A DNA stretch of 64,000 nucleotides, from positions 8,037 to 72,036 of the IMG/VR virus record IMGVR_UViG_3300037461_001312; one strand, 5' to 3'. The translations under genes were made by a program, and so were the position numbers. The DNA comes from a virus. The notes under the pieces were generated by a model. It made no database searches, was not told the DNA's origin, and saw only the letters and a list, made by a program, of their open reading frames with translations. Positions 17,664 to 28,400 of this stretch are shown here, piece after piece (positions within the stretch are counted from its first letter, which is position 1; every line of letters begins with the position of its first letter).

Positions 17664-18017
17664 TTAGTACCTGTAGCTGATGAGGAACTGGTTGATCTGG
17701 GTGATGACCGCCTCGTCGATGGTGGCCGTGATCCCCTGCACGTAGTCGTCATACGCCTTGATCACCGGCCAGGTCCTCTCGAACGTGGCGTACTCTATCT
17801 GCAGCACCTTCTTCTCCGCGGCACTGAGGTTGGGCAGGGCCATCTTGGCCTTGTAGCTGTCCACCTGGCTGTTGTAGATCCTCATCGCCACCAGCGACTT
17901 CTCCTTCGGCGTCATGTCCGCGACAGGCTTGATGTTGAGGTTCTGGGTGCAGGCATAGGCCATGAGCACAGTCACGACCACTGCCAGCAGCACGAATCCT
18001 TGGTGTTTATACCTCAT
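17664..18017 (-). CDS. Lipoprotein (possible o-spanin)
   Basis: Signal peptide with lipobox LMAYA-C. Confidence 0.65.
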   Translation of the reverse strand: MRYKHQGFVLLAVVVTVLMAYACTQNLNIKPVADMTPKEKSLVAMRIYNSQVDSYKAKMALPNLSAAEKKVLQIEYATFERTWPVIKAYDDYVQGITATIDEAVITQINQFLISYRY

Positions 18018-18020
18018 ACT

Positions 18021-18326
18021 CTACCTCCCTTCTCCCCATGATAAATGGTTACCGTCGTTCCACCTGCCCCCCCACGAGGCGTGTGGATCCAGAGACTCAT
18101 AGTAGTGGCCAAGGGGTGCCCAGTCCATCGTGTCCGTCAGGTACTTCCCGTCGCGGAACAGGTTGAGGTCGATCGCCAGCCCCAGCGGGTGCTTGCCGTG
18201 CTCCGCGTGCTTGAACTTCCCTGGGTAGGTGTCTCCGAACGTGAGCTCATACCCCTGCTCGTAGGCGTACACGATCAGCTTGCCGATACACTCCACGAAC
18301 TTGCTCTGTTGCTCTCTCAGGCTCAT
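18021..18326 (-). CDS. Endolysin, peptidase M15-like
   Basis: H(PLG)LAIDLNLF, WGGRWNDGNH Zn-ligand pattern; start MSLREQQ at 18326. Confidence 0.85.
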   Translation of the reverse strand: MSLREQQSKFVECIGKLIVYAYEQGYELTFGDTYPGKFKHAEHGKHPLGLAIDLNLFRDGKYLTDTMDWAPLGHYYESLDPHASWGGRWNDGNHLSWGEGR

Positions 18327-18502
18327 AGCTTTCTCTCTGTATAGGTTTGGTCCACACAATGGCACTTCAGCTTTTCGATAACCTTTTTAGTCTCCTTGGC
18401 CCGTACCAGAGCACGGTCTGGATACCCGCTCTCCAGATGCTTGATGAGCTTGTCCAAGCTCTCATCGAACATACACAGGAGGTTGCCAAGGTCATACTTC
18501 AT
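18323..18502 (-). CDS. Small ORF (59 aa) below the track cut-off
   Basis: MKYDLGNLLCMFDESLDKLIKHLESGYPDRALVRAKETKKVIEKLKCHCVDQTYTERKL; stop overlaps the endolysin ATG. Confidence 0.55.
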   Translation of the reverse strand: MKYDLGNLLCMFDESLDKLIKHLESGYPDRALVRAKETKKVIEKLKCHCVDQTYTERKL

Positions 18503-18818
18503 CTGTTTGTCTCTTCGCCCTCTGTTTGAGCACTTTATTCTCTATTTCCATCGCATGGAGAGTACACTTGTACTCATGCTCTTTGACAGTCAGGAATGTC
18601 TTATGAATATCTGAGACATTTTCAACTACCTGTTTAAGCGTCGTCGCTGTCCCATTGATTCCTTGGACTGCTGACTCTATACTTCCTATTGTCTTAATAT
18701 AGAGCTCCTTGTCCACTTTCTTCTCCAATCCAAGAGAAAGTGAGCGGTACACAACACCAATCAAAGCAATGATAACAGCGGTAGCAATCGAGATAAGCGC
18801 AACGAGAGCCTGGTCCAA
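18492..18818 (-). CDS. Single-TM coiled-coil membrane protein (probable TTG start)
   Basis: ALVALISIATAVIIALIGVVY TM segment; GGAGG upstream; start position uncertain. Confidence 0.55.
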   Translation of the reverse strand: MDQALVALISIATAVIIALIGVVYRSLSLGLEKKVDKELYIKTIGSIESAVQGINGTATTLKQVVENVSDIHKTFLTVKEHEYKCTLHAMEIENKVLKQRAKRQTDEV

Positions 18819-18838
18819 TAGGGTAATCTCAACCTCCG

Positions 18839-19174
18839 TTATACCAATGCGTACGTGTACTTCTCCGCCCCGTAAGCCGCCCTGAGCCACTCCGCCGCCA
18901 CGTTGTGATCGAAGTCCACGCAGGAGTCGATGACGACGCGAGCAGACGACGACTCCGGCCAGGTGTGGATGAACAGGTGTGATTCCGCGATGACGAGGCC
19001 GCAGCTGAGCCCCGGGGGAATGGACCGGGTGAACGGCTCCCCGACCGGTGTCACCCCCAGCACGCTGCACATGGCCTGGATGATCGCCTCGGTGAACCAC
19101 GGGTCGGACAGGCGCCCGCAGGCGCAGTTGATCAGGATGATGCGGATGGTCTTCCCCCCGTCTACCTCGTGCAT
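18839..19174 (-). CDS. speD: S-adenosylmethionine decarboxylase proenzyme (class 1b)
   Basis: GLS.GLVIAE|SHLFIHTWPE self-cleavage motif, downstream DSC with catalytic Cys. Confidence 0.9.
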   Translation of the reverse strand: MHEVDGGKTIRIILINCACGRLSDPWFTEAIIQAMCSVLGVTPVGEPFTRSIPPGLSCGLVIAESHLFIHTWPESSSARVVIDSCVDFDHNVAAEWLRAAYGAEKYTYALV

Positions 19175-19176
19175 GT

Positions 19177-19371
19177 CTACCTCCCCTTTGCCCTGGTCCT
19201 CTTGGGCAGCTTCTTGCCTCTCGACTCTTTCAGGTGGCTCTTCAGCTCCGCCCGGGTGATGCTCGGGATCTTGGGCCGCTTGCCAGCCTTTCGCTTGGCG
19301 TACTCCGCTCCGAAGAGCCCGCGCTGGGCCTTAGACACGATCGGCGTGTGCTTTCGATGTTTCCCCGGCAT
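19177..19371 (-). CDS. Highly basic 64-aa peptide (possible DNA-condensing virion protein)
   Basis: MPGKHRKHTPIVSKAQRGLFGAEYAKRKAGKRP...; 13 K + 9 R versus 3 E; GGAGG RBS, ATG 19371. Confidence 0.75.
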   Translation of the reverse strand: MPGKHRKHTPIVSKAQRGLFGAEYAKRKAGKRPKIPSITRAELKSHLKESRGKKLPKRTRAKGR

Positions 19372-19421
19372 ACTATTTCCTCCCTTTCTTCTTCTTCTTC
19401 TTTCCACCACACGGCATACGA

Positions 19422-22400
19422 TCACCTCCCCTCTTTCTCCCTCTGCCACCTCAGCTTGCGCACCATGGACATCACGTCCGAGGTCAGCATCCCCTCCCTC
19501 CTGAGGTGGTACACGATCTTGTTGTACTCCTCCGGGGGCATGACCTTCTGGTACGTGGTCAGCAGCTCGGCCTTCTCCCTGTTGGTCCTGGCGAACACGA
19601 TCATGTCCACCTCCCTGCTGTTCTCCGTCCTCAGGGCGTACCGGGTGTACATGTTCTTGAAGCTGTTCCACGACGTCTCTTCCCTGTCGATCGTCCCGTT
19701 CCTGACCAGCTCCCGGTAGAGGCTGTTCGCCGCGGTGGTCGTCGGCTTCTTCCCCTCGTCCAGCTGCTTCTCCAGGCTGTGCCAGATCGCCTGCCGCCTG
19801 TCGTAAGCCCTCTGGGACGCGGCGTTCTCCGCCTTGGTGGCGGTCCACTCGTACCTCTGGCGCTTGCCGTAGTCGGAGATCTGCCAGTAGGTCCAGGCCA
19901 TGGGCCCCAGGATCGGTACTTTCTCGGACAGCTCCGTGTACAGCTCCTTCTCCTGGTACGGCACCGTCTCGGACCGGAAGGTGAACAGTCCCGCCGGGTT
20001 CTTGCCCAAGATCCTAGCCCCCATCTTCTCGGCCGCGTAGCCGGCGAAGGTCGAGGCGATCAGCCACCTGTTCCCCGTCTTCATGATGTAGTCGGGCACG
20101 ATCGGCTTGCTGGTGAATCCATCATACGGGTTCGCCCCGCGCAGGAGGTCCAGGGTCTCCAGCGACAGCCCCAGGAGCGGGTGGACGCTGCCGTACGGGT
20201 TCGTGTCCAGCACGAAGTCGAAGAAGTTGGACCACTCCGTCGGGTTGTACTGGAACTTGTCGCTGTGGAGGCCCTCATAGATCAGGTTCACCATGCGGTA
20301 GAACACGCTGCCTATCATCTGCGCGCCGTAGTCCGGGGCGATGCGCAGGTAGGTGGACTCCCCCTTGTCGGTCATCCCCGTGGGGATGATGATGTTGACG
20401 CTCTTGTTGTACTCCGAGATGTTGTCGAAGAACTTCTTCCAGTAGTCCCCGAGCCAGCCGAAGCCTGCTGCCAGCACCAGCATCTTAGGCAGTATCGTGG
20501 TCTTCATCGTCTTCCACACATACTCCGAGGCGAATAGGTTCTTGCTGCCGTGGATCCGGTACTCGTCGGTCAGCGCGGACCAGTGCTCCCGCCAGCCTTC
20601 CTTGCCCACGTTGGAGAACATGAAGATGGAGTTGTACAGCCAGGCCCAGTTGCCGCGGCGGTAGATGTCCGGGGTCCCTGCCCGGTTGCGGATGTCGTAC
20701 GCCATCTTCTTCGGCGCCGCGACCCAGCCGAGCTCGTCCTTGAGCCACTTGAGCCGGTCGTCCTGCCTCTTGCTCCTAGACGCTATCGCCTCGAGACCAT
20801 CCTTCTCCGCCTTCAGCTTGTCCACGTACTTCTTGCTGAGGCGGTACGATGCGATCTTGGTCCAGGCTTCCGTGAACTGCCCGAACTTGTCTACCGGGGC
20901 CACGACGGCGTTGTAGAACTTCTTCCTCAGCGTGTCCGCCTGCTTCAGGTCCTTGCCGTACATGTACTGCATCTGCTTCATCCGGCTGACTGCCGCGTCG
21001 GTGGTCTCCCTGGTCGGGTCGAAGGCGCGCCCGGCCACCAGCATCTTCCCCGCCATCATCTCGTCCACGTCGGAGTTCCACAGGTCCTTGAAGACGTAGT
21101 CCCACGCGACGCCCCGGGAGGCTATCATCTCCTTGACGAGGGCGGGGATGGTGAACCCCCGCATCTTCTTGTAGGAATCCACCATGTCGCGGGGCAGGTT
21201 GCGGATGATCCAGACGGGATTGTAGCGAACGAAGATGCTCTTGGAGATATTGGATATGAACAGCGCCGTCTTGGCGATGTGATGGGCCATGTACGGGTCC
21301 GTCTTGAACTGCTTGGCCACCTCTGGGCGGACGTGGAACCCCTTGATGACGCCCTTGTGCATCATGATGATGGTCTCGAACCCGGTCGGGGCGTTCTCCA
21401 GCATCCCGCCGCGCCCGTGCTTCGCGTCCTTCACTTCCTCGTCGCCCCAGAAGGCGCGGAGGGCAGCGACGGTGGTCTTCACCGCCATCTTCTGGTGCGT
21501 CGCACGGATCAATGCCATGTCCTTCAGGACCGTGGCGAGGAACGGGCTCAGGAGGTCGTCGTCGAGGTTGCCCGTGGTCTGGTACACCTGCGGGCGCAGG
21601 CCCTTGAATATCCCCTGGTCGGTGAACAACTGGTCTATGTGCTTCGCGCCGATGAAGTGCACGTAGTCCTTGTTCGTCTTCATCAGCCTCAGGTTCTCGT
21701 CGCTCAGGATCTCGGACTTCTCCACGTGGGGGGTGACGTACTTCTGCCTCATCTCGAAGAGCTTCTCCTTCAGCTCCCCCATCGCGTGGAACTTCTCAGA
21801 CCCGACCTTGCCCTTCAGCGCCTCGTACTGGTCCGTCGCGGTCTTCAGCCGGTACCCGCCTGGGAACGCCTGCCCCTTGAGCTGGTACTCGATGACGCGG
21901 CCGTACTTCAGGTACGCGTCGAAGTCGTCCTTGTCGATGCCCTTCTCCACCATGACCTTGATGACCTGGTCGTTCACGTGGTACTGGTACCGCGCCATCA
22001 GGTTGTCCACATACGGCGCCTCGGACAGCCAGTACAGCGGGTCCCTCTCCGGGTCCAGCGTGATCCCCATCTTGCGCAGGCCCTTGATGGCCGTGATCGT
22101 GCGCTGGTTCTTGTCGATGAAGTGGAAGTAGAAGTCCTGGGCCCGGACCCGCCACCAGGCTTTCTGCGACAGCTTCTCCTCCTCCACCTCCTTGTCGAAC
22201 TTCGCTTTGGTGTCCTGGAACCCCTTGCGGGTCAGCTCCAGCCGCGCCTGGTTCAGCTTCACCGGGTCAGACAGGTCCGCCTGGATGTTGTTGTAGATGT
22301 TCATGACCTTGGGCATCTTGTGCAGGTACTCGAAGAACCCGGCGTAGAACTTCGGGGCGATCTTCTGCAGCAGTCCCGGGTCCTGCACCAGCATGCTGAC

Positions 22401-25400
22401 CGCGTCGGAGTACAGCTCCCTGGACGAATAGCGGTGGCGGCGGTAGGCGGGGTCGACATTGTCCTCGTCGAAGGGTATCAGGGTCTGGCTCACCTGCTTC
22501 AGCTCGTCCGTGATCTCCGGCGCGCTGGCCAGGTCGTGGAAGTGCTTCTTCATGAACTTCTTCAGCTTGGCGATGCGCCCGAGGATATTGCCCCTCGCCG
22601 GACCGATCAGGTGCTCGTCCATCCAGTCGACGATGCGGCCGATCTGCTGGGCTATGACGGACAGTGCCTCGTCCTCGCTCTGGAAGATCTTGCTGGACAG
22701 CTTCAGCTTGCCGGTCTTGGTGTTGAATCTCCCCTTCTCCCCGTACTTGGTGGTCAGGTCGGGGAGCAGGCTGAGATTGTCGAGGGATCCGCCCATTGCC
22801 TGCTTCATGAATCGCACCGTCTCCGGCATCTCCATCGCGCGGAGGCGGACGATGTTGTTCGGGTTCGTGGGGGGCTGTGAGATGTTGGTGGTCGGCTGGC
22901 CCGGGGGGCCGGTCGTCTGCTGGACCGTCATCATGTCCGTCTTGCGCACCTGCGGCCCGGGGGCGGCTGGGATCTTGGACGCCTCGCGCTCCTGCCTCTC
23001 CGCTATGCTGTCGAACAGGCGATCAGCCAGGACCGGGTTGCTGGCCACGTGGTCGGCGAGGAGTTCCCCCTGCAGGTCCCCGTGGTTCAGGACCACATCG
23101 TCGAGAGAAACCTTGGCCTCTGTGGCCAGGGCTGCGTGGAGATACTCCATCATGGCGCTGTACGCCGTAGTCATGTCTGACGTGTCGACGACGACATCCG
23201 CCGCCCGGAAGAGGGCCGCCATCTCGCGGGCGGTGTTCTCGTTGGGCCAGTACGAATTATCGTACTCGGCTTCCAGGCTCATGCGATCCCCCGCGTTGGA
23301 CAGGTCTATGATGGAGGCAAACTTCGGGTGCCTGTTCCCAACCAGCTCGAGCCTGTCCTCTATGCCGGTTCCCGTTCTTATCTCCTCCATCCTGTTCACC
23401 AAGTAGCTGGCCGCGTTGTACAGCTTCCCGACCCCGCTGCGCACGACCCTCTGGGCTTCGGCCATGACCTGTTTGGCGTTCTTCACCGCCTGAGCATTGA
23501 TGGATTTGATGGTGGACTCGTCTATGTACCCGTTCCTGTGCGCCACGTGAGTCCCCTCGTGGTGGAAGATGGACGGTGTGACCCGGCCCACCGCTCTATG
23601 GCCTATGACGATGAACCTGCCGTTGTCTATGCTGGACGCGACAACGTCGTTGAGCCAGATGATGTCCTCAAAAGACGATCCTTCCAGCACCTCCTCGTTC
23701 GCGTGGATCACGACGAGCCCGGTGCCACCGTAGGCGTTTCTCATCGTGCGCAGGAACCGCTGGAACCCGGAGACCGTGTTCCGTATCACCCCGTCTATTT
23801 TGACCTGGTGTTCGCCTTTAAAAGTTTCCCTTCCAACGAAGTGAGCTCCTCCTCGCTCGCCCTTAGCATCCTTTGCGAAAGCAGCGGCTCTTGCTGCGGC
23901 GTGGACCCCAGCTTCGCCAGAAACTGGCTGATACGCCTGGCCCGCTTGCGCAGGTCCGCCGACGCCTGCAGCACCGCCTTGCTCGGCTGCGGCTCGTCCA
24001 GGTCCGCCAGCGCCCGGAACGATTTGCTCTTGAGCAGCTTCGGATCTACCTTCAGCATATCCCTCTGCGGCCAGCTCCCCTCCTCCTTCTCCTTCTTCAT
24101 CCGGCACACCTACCTTTCTGAATATGGTTTGCACTGCATTTGGGGCGAACACCTGCCTCTGCAGCGCGGGGGTACGCTCCACGTAGCCCAGGTCCAGGCC
24201 CTCGAGCGCTTCCCACTCCGCCCTGCCCTCGGGGCTGCGGAGATCCAGGTCCTTGCGCGCCTCGACCGCCTGCCAGACACCCTCGACCCGGTTGAACTTC
24301 ACGGTCTTGCGCAGGTCCACCGCTCCCATGGGCTTGGTGATGGCGAACCTGTCCCCGCGGTTCATCAGCTGCTCCGTGTCCGTGCCCCGGGGGTACTTGG
24401 CGCGGAGATCCTTGCGCAGGCCCTCGACGGGGATGCTGATGTACACCGGCACGTTGGCCACGTCCGGGGCGAGCAGCCGGTTCATGGCGGTGAGCACTCC
24501 ATGCCTGGGGGTCTTGCCCTGGAGCTTGTCCAGCCGGTTCTCGAGATAGTTGATCGCGTGGGTATACCTCGCCTCGTAGCGCTTGTACCGCCTCTTGGTC
24601 TCCGGGTCCAGCTTGTCCTCTTTGACCCCGGTGCTCTTCGCCTCCTCGTCCTTCCTCAGCGCCGGGGCGATGGTGGCCATCTCCCCGTAGATCTGCTTCA
24701 GGAGACCGCCGACGCTCTCTATCGTATGCTGCTCCTCGATGCCGATGACGGTGAGGACCCGCTCCTCCGCCTCCCACTGGGCCCTGTCGTAGCGCTCCTC
24801 CGGGGTCATGCCCACTTCGCGCATGGGGATCTGCTTCACCTTCATCCCCTTGGGCACGGGGGTCAGGTCCTTGCCCTTGAAGCGTGCTTCCGGGACAGTC
24901 CTGGCGACCTCGGCGACGGTCGGCCCGGCCTTCAGCTGTGCCGGTGTCACCGCGGCCAGGGTCTTGGTCCTCTTGCCCACCGGCTCGATGGGACCGACAC
25001 GGTAGATCCACACCCAAGGCTTGCCGGAGCGGAACTTGTCCATGACGTAGACTGTAGACCCCGGGGGCATGCGCCCGGACAGGGCCAAGCCGCCGCCTGT
25101 CGTATCCTGCGGGTTGTCGTACTTCCCGCTGTTGTCCCGGCGCAGCACGCCTTTCTCGTCCTTGACCACGACCGTGCGCACCGTGCCGGACTCGGGGTAT
25201 CTGAGGAACTTCCTCGCGCCTATGAGCCATTCCTCGGAGCCGGGGGACATAGTCGTCTCTATCACGACCGCGTTCTTGGTCCCGCGGAGGCTGCCCTTGG
25301 CAGAGACCTCGACTCTCCCGGTCTTGGGGCTGATGACGGCGCGGTTGAACACGGGGATGAGCTCGTTCTCGACAGCGGAGAAGGGCAGCAGGCGGATAGT

Positions 25401-28400
25401 GGGCGCACCGCCGGCAGCGGCGGGGATTTCCATGTCCTCCAGGGTCTTCGGTGCGGCGACTTTCGCCTCCTTCTCCTTGGTACCTTTCCTCTTCTCCTTC
25501 TCCGCCTCCTTGGTGACCAGCCACTCGCCCGGGGTCAGCATCCGCATGAACCTGCCCTGGTACTTCCCCGCCTCCTCCACCAAGAACACGTTCGGGTCCC
25601 TGCCCCACTTGCGGCCGAGGAATTCGTACACAGTCTTGGTGGTGGTCTTCTTGGTGAACGGGTTCGTGGTCTCCACCTCGACCTTGTCGAAGTCGAGCCG
25701 GAGCCTGCCCTGCTCCTCCAAGTCCGCCGCCTCTCGGCCACTGAGTATTCCCCTCGTCTCTACGTACGGCGCCTTGCGGGCCGCTGCGGCTGCGGCGCCC
25801 GCCTCCTTCGGCTGCTTGGCCTTCCAGTACTCGTTCGCGGTCTTCAGATCCGCCACGTACTGCTTCGCGTTGGCGACCATGGCTTGGAGATCTGCTATCC
25901 CCTCCTGCGCGGTCTTCCAGGGCAGCCCGTAGGACACCTTCTCCAGCTCCTTGGCATCCGACCCGCGCTTGGTCCGGATCAGCCCCTCGAGGACTCTGAT
26001 CCTCGCGTTTCGGTCCTCTATATTCCTCTCTGCCGCCTGTGTCTTCTGTGCTACGACCCAGTCCTCCGGGTCCACCATCTTGTCGTTGTAGCTGATCTTG
26101 CCGGACATGGCCACGGTCCCGCGGACCATGGCCTCGGAGAAGCGCTTCTGCAGGTCCGCCGTGCCTTTGGGGACCTCTATCGGCGTAGACGCCCGCTCCT
26201 CGTATATCTTCTTCACCCCCGCCAGCCTCTCCGCCTTCGCCTGGCCCAGCGCCTCCAGCATGGTGAGAGAGCTGTCCTGCCTCAGGATCTCTATGGCACG
26301 CGCGCGGTCCCGGATGCTCTCGTTCATCGCGTTCGCTTCCGCGTCCGTGACCCCGGCGTACTCCTCTACGGCCGGCTCCTCCACTGCTACCGGCGCGGGG
26401 GTCTCACCCTTGGCTACCGCCTCTATCTGCTCTCCACTGACGATCGCCTCCAGCCTCTCCTGGTCCTTGGTCTTCTTCTCCTTTACTACCTTGACCGGCC
26501 CCTTCTCGGTGAACCCCTGCATCGCGATCTTGCGTACCAGGTCCTCCCGCTTGCCCTTGGCGTAGCCGGTGATGCCCATGTACTTGGCCAGTTCCCTGAC
26601 CCGCTTGACGGTGACGTTCTTGTCCCTGAAGACGTTGTAGATCTCATCCTTGGTCTTGCCTATGAAGGAGTTGTAGAACACGTCCGGGGCCGGGGGCTTC
26701 TCGGCCACCTTCTTCTGCTTCGGCGGCGCGGCCTTCACCTTCTCCTTGGCCACCTCGGCCTTGCCCGCGTTCTCCTTGGCGACCTGCTCCTTGATCAGGG
26801 GCAGCGCGTCCCAGGCGGCATCTAGCCCGGAGATCGCACGCACTTCCATGAACCGGTCGAACACTGTCTTATTGCCGAAGTGTTTCAGGTACTTCCGCTC
26901 GACCGGCCTGCCCATGGTCGTACCCGTCTGGGCCGCGTAGTCCGCCCGCTGCGCCGCCTTCTTGGCCTTGGCCGCTGCGGACGTGGCCAGCTGCTCCTCG
27001 ACGGTCCCCTTCCTGTATGCCTCCTCTGCCCTCCTCTCTCCCTCGTCCTCCATCCCCCAGACCAGCAGCTGGTCCCGGTAGTCCTGGTCCACCATCGCCT
27101 TGGCCATATCGGCTATCTCATCCGGGTCGGCGTACTTCGCATAGCGCCTGGCCAACGTCGCCATCAGCGCCTTCTCATCCTTGGCCTTCAGCGCAGTGGC
27201 GAACGCTTCCTTCTCCCGATCCGCCAGCTCCATGTCGCGCTTGCCCTCTGCGGCAGCGGAGGAGTCCTTCTCCTGCTGGGCCCGGACTCTCGCGATGTAG
27301 TTCAGCCTGTCCTGTTTCCTGGCCTCGAACTGCTTGGCGTCCTCCCCTGCCCTGGGCCCGCCCTCTATAGGCGTCAGCATCTCCGCTTGCCTGGCCAGCC
27401 TGGCCTCCACGTTCTCCTTCTCGGCCTTCTCCAAGGCCATCATGTGCTTCTCGGCTATAGTCTCCGCCTTGGTCTTCACGCCCTGTCGCTTCCTCACCGC
27501 CTCGGCGTGGGCGACGCGCAGCTTCATCAGGGCCTTGTCCTCTTCGATCTTGGCCAGGGGGACCTTGGCCTTCCTCAGCTCGTCTACCCTGTCGTCTATC
27601 TGCTCCTCGAGAAGTCTGACGTCCTCGGGGATGGTGGCCTTCCTCCACATCTCGTCCTCGAGGCGGGCGATCTCCTCGTCGATGCCGGTGGGCTCAGTGG
27701 CCTTGGCGACCGGGGCCTTGGCGACCGGGGCCTTGGCAACGGGCTCCTTCGCCGCCGGCTCTTTCTCCGGTACGACCGCTGCCGGGACCACCTTCTTCCT
27801 CTTCTCTATCCCCTCCTTCACCTGCTCCAGGGTATATTCCCCGGACTCCACCAGCCTGGTCAGCTCCGGCGCTTTGGCGACATCCATTCCTGCCGCGGTC
27901 AACGCCGCCTCGATCTCGGGCTGGACCGCCTTCGCCTCGGGCTTGGCCACCGGCTCTGGGGCCTTGGCTACAGGCTCCTCTACTACTTTCTCCTGCTCCT
28001 TCGCCGGGGCCTCCACCTCTATCTCCCCTTCCAGCACCTTCCCCAGCGCCCCCTTCGGCTGCTTCTTCTCGAACTTCTCTACGAACAATACCCTTATCTG
28101 CCTGCCCAGCGGGTCCTCCCCTATCACCTCCCCGGTATTCTCATCCGTATCCGCTCCCGTCCCCAGCCTCGCGTCTATCTCGTCCCACGCCTTGTCCTTC
28201 TCGGATATGGGCCTGGACATCTCGGCGGGGACATGGAGTATGCCGTCCTCGCCTATAGTCCCTGGCTTTACCGTTATCCCATGCTTGGCCAGCTTCTCGT
28301 TCCTGGTCGTGACCCACTGGTCCGCCATCTCCCTGGTCCATGGCGTGGCCTTCTCAGCCTCCGCCTCGAGCTCCTCGATGTCGAGCTCCTCCTCTACCTC

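Noticed and set aside
27699-27743. 15-bp tandem repeat (KAPVA)n in the giant protein
   Set aside because: Ordinary low-complexity linker expansion
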